This document shows positions 56,606-64,000 of a stretch of 64,000 nt of DNA, in pieces. The translations under genes and the position numbers were made by a program. The stretch comes from Armatimonadota bacterium (GTDB taxonomy: Bacteria > Armatimonadota > UBA5829). Position 1 is the first letter of the stretch; each line of letters starts with the position of its first letter. The stretch is taken from NCBI GenBank assembly GCA_026392045.1, contig JAPLCU010000012.1:41142-105141 (forward strand), in the 5' to 3' direction. The notes under the pieces are model-generated. The model did not search any database, was not told where the DNA came from, and saw only the letters and a program-made list of their open reading frames with translations.

Positions 56606-57455
56606 AGGGCTTGGTGCCTTAATTCCTGGTGCGGAGAGAGGCGATCGTCAGGGGGGGCCTGAGATCGAGCTTCAGCGCATCAGCGCAAATCCATATCAGC
56701 CTAGAGAAACATTTAGCGACGAGAAGTTTCAGGAGCTTGTTAACTCGGTAAGAGTTCATGGCATCCTGCAGCCAATTGTGGTACGACCGAAAGGCGATGG
56801 CAATTTTGAGCTTGTCGCGGGGGAGAGACGGTTCCGGGCCGCAAATGCTGCGGGGCTCAGTCGCATTCCTGCTGTGGTAAGAGAACTGACTAATGAGCAG
56901 AGCCTTCAGGTGGCGCTCATTGAGAACCTGCAGCGCGAAGATATTAACGCTGTTGAAGCCGCCAATGCTTACAAGCGCTTGGCCGAGGAGTTCAGTCTAT
57001 CGCAGGAGGACTTGGCATTCAGTCTTGGAAAGAGTAGATCATCCATCGCTAACACGATTCGTCTACTTAACTTGCCGGAGGTGGTTCTGGAACACTTGCG
57101 CATCGGCAGAATCTCTGAAGGCCATGCACGCGCCATTCTATCAGTCGATAGCGATAATGCCCAAATCGAAGTTTGTGACCGAGTAATGAGCAGAGGGCTT
57201 TCAGTACGCGAGTCGGAACGACTCGCCCGCGAATGGTCGAAGAGCCGAATGGGAAAATCTTCTGGTAGCAATGTTTCACGTGAAACATTATCCAGAGAAC
57301 AGGACCCAAACATGCTTGCTATCGAAGCCCGGCTGCGCGAAGTCTTCGGAACTAAAGTCAATCTCGTTCGCAACAAGGAGCGCGGCAGAATTGAAATTGA
57401 ATTCTATTCTGACGACGATATGGAACGAATATTACTTCTTCTTGCAGGCGCCTAG
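56577..57455 (+). CDS. parB: Chromosome partitioning protein ParB/Spo0J
   Basis: GERRFRAA (ParB box II), an HTH, and an N-terminal LGKGLGALI. Overlaps the parA 3' end. An alternative TTG start lies at 56583. Confidence 0.85.
   Translation: MYLERRGLGKGLGALIPGAERGDRQGGPEIELQRISANPYQPRETFSDEKFQELVNSVRVHGILQPIVVRPKGDGNFELVAGERRFRAANAAGLSRIPAVVRELTNEQSLQVALIENLQREDINAVEAANAYKRLAEEFSLSQEDLAFSLGKSRSSIANTIRLLNLPEVVLEHLRIGRISEGHARAILSVDSDNAQIEVCDRVMSRGLSVRESERLAREWSKSRMGKSSGSNVSRETLSREQDPNMLAIEARLREVFGTKVNLVRNKERGRIEIEFYSDDDMERILLLLAGA
57272..57287. promoter_or_regulatory. parS: parS centromere site (perfect TGTTTCACGTGAAACA) inside the 3' part of parB
   Basis: Exact 16-bp palindromic match to the conserved bacterial parS consensus. 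Confidence 0.85.
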
Positions 57456-57691
57456 GCCTATAGGGCCAGCGCCTGCCCTACATTTTATGGATTCAGCACA
57501 AATCCGCATTTCATCCCCTTGTTTATCGTATGCAACTAATAGTGTGATAATGGCCACCCCAACAAATATTTATTATCTAACGAAATCTGGCCCGATACAG
57601 ACAGATGTCTGTCTACTTGGGGTTTATAACAAAATAGCCCTCAAGGACTGGCTCCTCGAGGGCTTAGACTCATCGCTTGCTGCTTCCAGGT

Positions 57692-59092
57692 CTACGGAGT
57701 GGCTATAACGATCTTCCCTTCGGTCTCTATGGTTCGGCCACCGACCGTCACGGACATTTTTACGGGCACGTCGCCTGACACGCCAAGCGGCGGCTTCGCC
57801 TTGAATGACGCTGAACCTAATCCATCGCCCTGGGGCGCCGAGAACTCCTTAGTTCCCACGTTGCGCCACAGCTCCCAACCTGTAGGGAGGCTGATCTTTG
57901 CAGTTCCGCGAATTCTGCCCCGCGTATTATTTCGCACAACCACTGCGAACGTAATATCCTTAACGTCTGGTTTGATCTTTTTTGATGGAAGCTTGAGCTC
58001 AATCTCAAACGGCTCAACGACCTCGAAGCTAATCAACGCGCTTCCGAGCCGTTCTGTTCTAGACCGCACTTCAGCGCCAATAGCCCAGCTCCCAAGCCTC
58101 ATATCGCTGGGAACGATAGATTTGACCTCATGGACCAAGTGACTTTTGGGAGATATTCCTTCTGTGCGCACCTTTTGGCTGCTCAAAAACTCGCCAGCTT
58201 TTCCCTCGCCGCCTATCACATAGCTCCGAACGTCAACGCTCTCTGCGCCCGTGTTTGTCAGGTGGAATTTCCCTACCACTTCATCGCCCCGCGCAACGCG
58301 CTCGTTCCTGAGCACAAATCCCAGGTCCAGCGGCTTGAGCGCGGCAAATTTCTTGGTAACCAGAGTACATTCTCGTGTATCCCCAATATCTTTGGTAGGT
58401 ATCCACCCACCAAATGCATCGCCTGCGTTCAAGTTTATCTGAAGCCCTATCTTGCGGTCCGGTGTCATCTTAAGTCCCTTGATCAACATAGCCGGGATCT
58501 TCATCTCAATCATATTAGTCGTGTCGGTGCGCCCGTTTTTTATATCTATTAGCGAAGCTTCATCTTGTGAAACCGGTGCAGCTATGGGAATCTTAGTATT
58601 TCTTGAATTATATTTGCTCACAATGAGCGTCGTAGCGCCGCTGGCGCCGCCTGTAGTCTTGAACTCGTAGTTGTCGTCACCGTTGAACCAACCATCCGAA
58701 TTGCAATCAATTACAGCCTGAAGATCAATAGGTTTGCTGGATTTCACGCCTATGTAGAGATTTGCTCCGTCCCAATCCACGAATGTGGTCGCGTCCCAAC
58801 CTGTGGCTGCAAACGCATAGAACGCGTCCCATTCACCATCCTCGATCATACCATCGATCACGGGAGTTCTTCTAAATATCGAAGTATCCGCCATTATTGC
58901 CGGCGCCACGAATGCAGTTGCGGCTGGCGCTGGCGCTGGTGTTACAACGGGTGGGGTGGATTCCGCTGCAGGGGGCTCTGTCGCTGCGGGTGGCGGGTTG
59001 GTCGGTGGTGTTTCCTGCGCCACGAGATAACCAGCCGGCATCGCGAGCATCGCTACCACGATCAAGATCAAAATACACTTAAATCTACTCAT
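57692..59092 (-). CDS. Hypothetical secreted protein with a Pro/Thr/Ala-rich N-terminal linker
   Basis: Signal peptide, a PT-rich low-complexity region, then a roughly 380-aa region of predicted beta-rich character. I recognise no family. Confidence 0.5.
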   Translation of the reverse strand: MSRFKCILILIVVAMLAMPAGYLVAQETPPTNPPPAATEPPAAESTPPVVTPAPAPAATAFVAPAIMADTSIFRRTPVIDGMIEDGEWDAFYAFAATGWDATTFVDWDGANLYIGVKSSKPIDLQAVIDCNSDGWFNGDDNYEFKTTGGASGATTLIVSKYNSRNTKIPIAAPVSQDEASLIDIKNGRTDTTNMIEMKIPAMLIKGLKMTPDRKIGLQINLNAGDAFGGWIPTKDIGDTRECTLVTKKFAALKPLDLGFVLRNERVARGDEVVGKFHLTNTGAESVDVRSYVIGGEGKAGEFLSSQKVRTEGISPKSHLVHEVKSIVPSDMRLGSWAIGAEVRSRTERLGSALISFEVVEPFEIELKLPSKKIKPDVKDITFAVVVRNNTRGRIRGTAKISLPTGWELWRNVGTKEFSAPQGDGLGSASFKAKPPLGVSGDVPVKMSVTVGGRTIETEGKIVIATP

Positions 59093-59369
59093 CTCTTCCT
59101 CCTGAAGAATCTCCGTTTATCGGCAGTCGATAACGGCCATAATCCTTATCCCTGTTGTTGATTATAGAACAGGCAGGACGGCTACGTCAACAACCTCAAT
59201 GCATCAAACGTCGAGACTTTGCGCCTTTTCTACTTAGACGCTTCCAGTATTCGTGTGTTGCAGCAATCAACGACTATTTTGTGATCCATGTAAAAACTGC
59301 CTCGCTTGATGTTTGACCGCCTCAGCTATTTGCTATAATGTTTAATATGCAACAATCAAGGAGGCGCGT

Positions 59370-60878
59370 ATGGTGGGTAATCTTAGGATTTTATCTCTGG
59401 CAATTCTCTTGACAACGGCCCTCGCGGCGCCTTCGTGGTCAGGTGAAGATGTCACGCTTTCCGACTCCGCCGGCAATACGCTGAAGCATTCACAGATCGA
59501 AATGGTTGACTATAAAAAAACCTGCGGTAACTGTCACGACGTCGCCGATAAAGCTGCGTCCGTGCATTTCAACAGGGAAAGCGACAGCTTAGACGCTCAA
59601 TCCGGCGATTGTTTCAGCTGCCATCTGAGCACGAAGCCCAGTGCGTTTAGTTCAAGCGGCACAATCGATAAGCTCTCACTTAAGCCGAGCAATGCCGCCT
59701 GCGAATCCTGCCACAGCAGTATGCAAGACACTAATGTCGGTAACGCTCATAACGGTATGACTTGTGTAGATTGTCATCAGAACGCCGGCCACCGTGCCTT
59801 GAGCTCGCCGTCGTGCGTCGGATGCCACAATGCCAAATCCACTGCGCCAAAGCCCTTACATCGCGGATTCACGGCCCTTCATATAAAAAAGATCGCCTGC
59901 GAGACCTGCCATGCTGGTCGTTCCGACCATTCTGGTAATATTTCCTTTGCAATTCGCAACGGAAGGATCTTGCCAATCGATACCGAGACGCCCATCCATC
60001 ACGATGTGGCGGTCTCATCTCTCGCCCTGGGCGCCACAGGGTGCCAGAATTGCCATTCGAATACCTCTCAATTCTTCTTCGGCGCAAATGGCGGAAGCAT
60101 TCCGAATTACCGTGCAATGGGGCTGACAAGAAAAGACATAATGTCGGGCGATATCCGCGAGCGCCTCGTAAAACCGCTTTCAGTATGGCTATTTGTTATC
60201 ATTTTCGCGCTCAGCGCCCTCCATTATGCCATATTCGGGCCGCATAGAGTAAAAATGGTCCGTGGAGAGCCAAGCATCCTGCGCTTTACCATCTACGAGC
60301 GAATTGTGCACTGGCTAACAACGGCCAGCTTCGCATTTCTGGCGATAACCGGTGTTGCATTTCTGCTTCATCTGGAGACACCGGACGGGCGTTGGCGCGG
60401 CATTCACGGGCAGGTGGGTGCTATTTTTATGATCTCACTGGTTGGGATGCTGGTTATATGGTGGAAAAATGCGCGCTTCACGCCGTGTGACATACATTGG
60501 CTTCGCCGATTTGGCGGCTATCTCTGGCTGAGGGGGAGTTGTCCGGCTGAAAAGTTCAATGCCGGCCAAAAACTCTTCTTTTGGCTAATCGTTTTCTGCA
60601 CAGGGATTTTGATGTGCGCCACGGGATGGATGCTGGTGCATGGGAAGGGTTCTGCGGCATCTTGGACGTTTACGCTTCACGACATCGCTGCCGTCATCAT
60701 GATCGCAGGAATTCTCGGCCATCTATATCTGAGTGTTTTTGCAAATCAGGGCTCGATCAGCGGCATTCTTACAGGACGTGTGACACGCAGCTGGGTCACG
60801 CACCATCATCCGATCTGGTTGTTACATATTGAGCCCGGCAGCAAGCCAACCGAGCATACAGACAGCAAACTTATTTAA
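59370..60878 (+). CDS. Fusion of a periplasmic 7-heme c-type cytochrome with an FdnI/HydC-like di-heme cytochrome b membrane domain (CbcL-like quinol-oxidising electron conduit)
   Basis: Signal peptide. Seven CxxCH motifs (CGNCH, CFSCH, CESCH, CVDCH, CVGCH, CETCH, CQNCH). A C-terminal 4-TM domain carries the Ni/Fe-hydrogenase/formate dehydrogenase cytochrome b signatures (YERIVHW..., NAGQKLFFW, conserved His). Strong promoter at 59312-59339 and AAGGAGG RBS. Confidence 0.65.
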   Translation: MVGNLRILSLAILLTTALAAPSWSGEDVTLSDSAGNTLKHSQIEMVDYKKTCGNCHDVADKAASVHFNRESDSLDAQSGDCFSCHLSTKPSAFSSSGTIDKLSLKPSNAACESCHSSMQDTNVGNAHNGMTCVDCHQNAGHRALSSPSCVGCHNAKSTAPKPLHRGFTALHIKKIACETCHAGRSDHSGNISFAIRNGRILPIDTETPIHHDVAVSSLALGATGCQNCHSNTSQFFFGANGGSIPNYRAMGLTRKDIMSGDIRERLVKPLSVWLFVIIFALSALHYAIFGPHRVKMVRGEPSILRFTIYERIVHWLTTASFAFLAITGVAFLLHLETPDGRWRGIHGQVGAIFMISLVGMLVIWWKNARFTPCDIHWLRRFGGYLWLRGSCPAEKFNAGQKLFFWLIVFCTGILMCATGWMLVHGKGSAASWTFTLHDIAAVIMIAGILGHLYLSVFANQGSISGILTGRVTRSWVTHHHPIWLLHIEPGSKPTEHTDSKLI

Positions 60879-61071
60879 CATTAGGGGTTTACACTGCGTT
60901 ATGCATGTGATATTATGAGACTTGTGTGGGCAACAGACTCGTCATTAGAACGGGCATTGCCCAACTGGGAAAAGAGGAAGGGGCGCCTAGCCGCAATACT
61001 TGGGCGGTGATGGGACCCATTTGGATCTCCAAAGGCGCGGTGGGAATGGAATAAACCAAGGAGGTTTTCCA

Positions 61072-61710
61072 TTGCGAAACACCAACCCCTGGGCCGCACT
61101 AACCGTGGCGGTCCCGCTTCTCCTCGCGACGGCTAGCGCATCGTTTGCCGCACCGAATGAAGCTCAGACACCACCCCAGATCCAAATCGAGGCTAACCAA
61201 GCCATCGATGACGGAACCGGCAGCGAAAGCATGCAAGATGTCTCTGTCGTTCTCACGCTTGATGACGGTGCAGTCAGGTCAGCGGCGCCTTCCAAGACCT
61301 GCAAATCTGCACAAAACACGCCATCTGCCAAAAATGGCGCCCTTTGCAACATTCGCAAAGTCGCTACCCGTTATCTCGGGACTCCCTACAAATGGGGCGG
61401 CATCACCCCAAGCGCGTTCGATTGCTCCGGCTTCACGCGCTACGTCTACTCATCGCTCGGTGTCAGTATTCCAAGAACCGCGCGCCAGCAGTTTAAGGCC
61501 GGAAAGCCCGTTAAACGCAACCAGCTAAAGACGGGCGATCTCGTCTTTTTCGACATGATGAAGGGTTACGTTAGCCATGTGGGTCTGTATCTGGGCAATG
61601 GCGTATTTATCCACGCATCAACCCCCACAACAGGCGTGAAATTCAGCAATATTAATACAGGAGCCTACAAGAAGTGTTTTGTAGGCGCGCGACGTTTCTC
61701 TTACGTATAG
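61072..61710 (+). CDS. NlpC/P60 (C40) family cell-wall peptidase, secreted
   Basis: TTG start after GGAGG, then a signal peptide. Catalytic Cys motif FDCSGF plus downstream His (SHVGLY...HAS). Confidence 0.8.
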   Translation: MRNTNPWAALTVAVPLLLATASASFAAPNEAQTPPQIQIEANQAIDDGTGSESMQDVSVVLTLDDGAVRSAAPSKTCKSAQNTPSAKNGALCNIRKVATRYLGTPYKWGGITPSAFDCSGFTRYVYSSLGVSIPRTARQQFKAGKPVKRNQLKTGDLVFFDMMKGYVSHVGLYLGNGVFIHASTPTTGVKFSNINTGAYKKCFVGARRFSYV

Positions 61711-61818
61711 AGCTGAGAAATTGCTCGGGCGATCCAATCGGGTCGCCCATTTTTTGTTTTGCGGCAATTTGCTTGTGGTATAATATTGCCCAGATTAGCA
61801 ATAGCGAGGTTATATCAC

Positions 61819-62127
61819 ATGCCGCACAAAATCAAGAATCTGATGGAAATGATCGAAATGCCCAAAGAAGGCATTCTCAGCATCCCTGTGGAAGATAACG
61901 AATATTACAAAGTCGTTCTTTTCATGATGCCCGCGGGTCAGTATCTTTCCCCCCACACATCCACCATGCCCGCAGTCATATATGTAATTCAAGGTCTGGC
62001 TGATTTCACTCTTGGCCAAGAGGTAAATGAAGTCAAGGCAGGTGATCATTTCTACATGCCGCCGAACTATAACCACGCTGTTCGCGCAAAGGAAGATTTT
62101 GTATTCCTACTTCACCTGAGGAAGTAA
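61819..62127 (+). CDS. Cupin-domain protein
   Basis: Cupin_2-like motifs (MPAGQYLSPHTS...GDHFYMPPNYNHAV). Confidence 0.65.
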   Translation: MPHKIKNLMEMIEMPKEGILSIPVEDNEYYKVVLFMMPAGQYLSPHTSTMPAVIYVIQGLADFTLGQEVNEVKAGDHFYMPPNYNHAVRAKEDFVFLLHLRK

Positions 62128-62299
62128 AACAGCGCCTGAATCGACTGCGCAATAAGCATAGCCCATTATTTGTTCGCAGGACAGGACATCAAAGAGATAA
62201 GTTTCACCTTTCTGCCTTGCAGGTAAACCCATAGAAGGAAAAAAGCGCGTCTTAGGCGAAGCTTATTATGTCTGTTTGCTACGCGCAAGGAGGAATATT

Positions 62300-62737
62300 A
62301 TGTCCGAGAGCACATCATTAAGTATAATCGCAGTTTGCCAATTGTTTCTAACCGCCGGGGTTGTTGTTGCGGCTCTGGCTATTATCTATGCCATCTTTGC
62401 ATTCAAAAAGATGATCAGCACAAAGATAGACGAGGTTATGGATAAGGTGCAGCCGGTCGTAGACCGTGTGGAATCCATCGCTCAGCAAGCTAAAGAGACC
62501 GCCGAAAAGGTCAGCGTGAAGGTAGACTCCATCATGACCAAGGCCGAATCAACGGCGGATTCGGTGGGAAATACCGTCCAATCGGTTTCTGAAAAGGTGA
62601 ACGAAGCGGTTAGCCCCAAGATGGCTGCCGCGGTTGGTGTAGCCGGAACAGCGCTTAAAGTCATGCAGCTATATCAAGGTATTTCAAAGATCAAACAAGC
62701 CCATGCGCCTGAGACAAAAGAACCTAAGGCTGAATAG
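62300..62737 (+). CDS. DUF948-like membrane-anchored coiled-coil protein
   Basis: ATG after AGGAGG. One N-terminal TM helix, then a helical region with ...VSVKVDSIMTKAESTADSVGNTVQSV... Confidence 0.55.
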   Translation: MSESTSLSIIAVCQLFLTAGVVVAALAIIYAIFAFKKMISTKIDEVMDKVQPVVDRVESIAQQAKETAEKVSVKVDSIMTKAESTADSVGNTVQSVSEKVNEAVSPKMAAAVGVAGTALKVMQLYQGISKIKQAHAPETKEPKAE

Positions 62738-62826
62738 GCGATATTTATAGGCTGGGTTCTGTAACCGGTGGGCACGTATTAACGTCAAATAATATGTATT
62801 GCTTACGCAAACCTTAGGAGGAAAAG

Positions 62827-63933
62827 ATGAAAACCGCTCGATTTATGCTCATCGCGGCGCTCGCGATAGCAACGGCTGCAATTCCGTCTTCCGCAGCCAA
62901 TGACAAAAATGCCATTTTATTTTCGTGGGATGGCGTCCAGCGCGAGCACTTGAAAGAATGCCTTTCTAAAAATGAACTGCCTAACCTCGCCGCGCTCATC
63001 AAAGAGGGAAAGCTGGTAGACATCCAAGTCACGCACGTCACAGACACCAAAGCCGGACACTCTCAAATGCTCACAGGATACGACCCCGAGGTCACCGGCG
63101 TCTTCAGCAACGGCAAATTCAAGCCGATCCCCGTGGGTTACACTATATTCGAGCGGCTGGAAAGCGCCCTGGGCAAAGATAAGATCGCCACGGTTATGCT
63201 TACAGGCAAGACCCATCACATCGGCAATTGCCCGCCCAAGGTTGCCATTGATCCCAAGACCCTTGATCCCGGGGATGCAAAACCAGCCGATGCGGCCGTG
63301 ACCGCTCCCAAATCTGGCGAAACGCCCGCTGTAACAGCGCCGGTAACCCCTGCCGCTGCAACTCCCAGGAATCCCCTGAGAGCACAGCGCAGAGCAGCCA
63401 ACCAGGCAGCAGCGAAAAAGAAAGCGCAGAATGCCGCTGGGCAGAACAAACTCGGCGAGCCCTGGTATCTGGTCTACAAGAACATGGACGTCTGGGATGG
63501 TGAGAAAGCTCGCCACGCTCCCGAGGTCGGTCCATTAGCTCTCGGTTATCTGGATAAATACAGCAAGGATCGCTTCTTCATGTTCTTCCACTTCAGTGAT
63601 CCGGATAGCCAGGGCCACAAGTTCGGGGAGAACTCCAAGCAAGAAAACGATTCCTACATTCTCTGCGATGAATGGCTGGGTAAGGTCGTGACAAAACTTA
63701 AAGACTTGAAGATCTATGACAAGACTCTGATCTACGTGAACTCGGATCATGGCTTTGATGAAGGCGGCAAGGGCCATAAGAACGCACCAACGGTGTTTCT
63801 AGCCACCAATGACAAGCAAGTTACCCGCGACGGCAACCAGAGAGATATAGTCCCGACAATTCTCGCTGAGATGGGAGTCGATTCCTCCAAGTTTGAGCCG
63901 AAACTCACCGGCAAGAGCTTGACCGAGAAATAA
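62827..63933 (+). CDS. Alkaline-phosphatase-superfamily (type I phosphodiesterase/nucleotide pyrophosphatase-like) secreted protein with a low-complexity insert
   Basis: Signal peptide. N-terminal metal-site region LFSWDGVQREHL and C-terminal DSDHGFDEGG...H motif. An Ala/Pro/Thr-rich insert. Terminator at 63953-63985. Confidence 0.55.
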   Translation: MKTARFMLIAALAIATAAIPSSAANDKNAILFSWDGVQREHLKECLSKNELPNLAALIKEGKLVDIQVTHVTDTKAGHSQMLTGYDPEVTGVFSNGKFKPIPVGYTIFERLESALGKDKIATVMLTGKTHHIGNCPPKVAIDPKTLDPGDAKPADAAVTAPKSGETPAVTAPVTPAAATPRNPLRAQRRAANQAAAKKKAQNAAGQNKLGEPWYLVYKNMDVWDGEKARHAPEVGPLALGYLDKYSKDRFFMFFHFSDPDSQGHKFGENSKQENDSYILCDEWLGKVVTKLKDLKIYDKTLIYVNSDHGFDEGGKGHKNAPTVFLATNDKQVTRDGNQRDIVPTILAEMGVDSSKFEPKLTGKSLTEK

Positions 63934-64000
63934 ATCCTATTATTTGTAATAATGTGGGGCCGGGAATCTCTCGGCCCTGTTTTTTTGATTGGTATATTGA

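Noticed and set aside
57271-57708. 145-aa ORF starting at the parS site
   Set aside because: It overlaps the parB 3' end and the downstream intergenic terminator. It has no RBS and low-complexity translation.
1-64000. tRNA, rRNA, tmRNA, RNase P or SRP RNA genes in intergenic regions
   Set aside because: None of the intergenic segments over 150 nt showed T-loop or acceptor-stem-like features or other recognisable core motifs by eye. An Infernal or tRNAscan run would be needed to be sure.

Overview
This reads as a core chromosomal segment of a motile bacterium, about 55% GC, with bacterial-type RBSs and rho-independent terminators, and not an obvious mobile island. I found no tRNA, rRNA, CRISPR array, transposase or integrase.

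Recognisable content, left to right:
- The 3' end of an MntA-like nucleotidyltransferase antitoxin overlapping a HepT (DUF86, Rx4HxY) toxin gene.
- A 607-aa protein that looks like four or five tandem HARE-HTH-like modules separated by acidic linkers.
- gltX and trxA.
- An ECF sigma factor with a zf-HC2/DUF4349 anti-sigma factor.
- A CaCA antiporter, an MFS transporter fused to an extra C-terminal domain, and a Gfo/Idh/MocA oxidoreductase.
- rtcB, a DciA-like DUF721 protein, recF and dnaA. An AT-rich DnaA-box cluster lies in the dnaA-recF gap, which is the putative oriC. dnaN and gyrB are absent from the usual cluster.
- An arabinan-related set: a GH127 beta-L-arabinofuranosidase, a GH51 alpha-L-arabinofuranosidase, a PfkB kinase and Fe- and Zn-alcohol dehydrogenases.
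- msrA, cstA, a GtrA-like protein, a DeoR regulator, argH and a PEP-CTERM protein.
- A beta-propeller fused to a di-heme cytochrome c peroxidase, and a phosphohexomutase.
- A STAS protein, ndk, and a chemotaxis cluster (cheW, MCP, an MBL hydrolase, a short cheR).
- A PAS-PP2C phosphatase.
- aroA, aroC, a TPR/PMT-like membrane protein, an FKBP lipoprotein, argC and argJ.
- flgM with a sigma-28-like promoter.
- parA and parB, with a perfect parS inside parB.
- A 7-heme c-type cytochrome fused to an FdnI/HydC-like cytochrome b domain (CbcL-like).
- NlpC/P60, cupin, DUF948 and alkaline-phosphatase-family genes.

The least explained signals are non-coding. At least five families of short dispersed palindromic repeats are present, including a loop-conserved hairpin family with compensatory stem changes and a 70-nt structured element found at the same distance upstream of two genes. 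Several local tandem repeats are also present.
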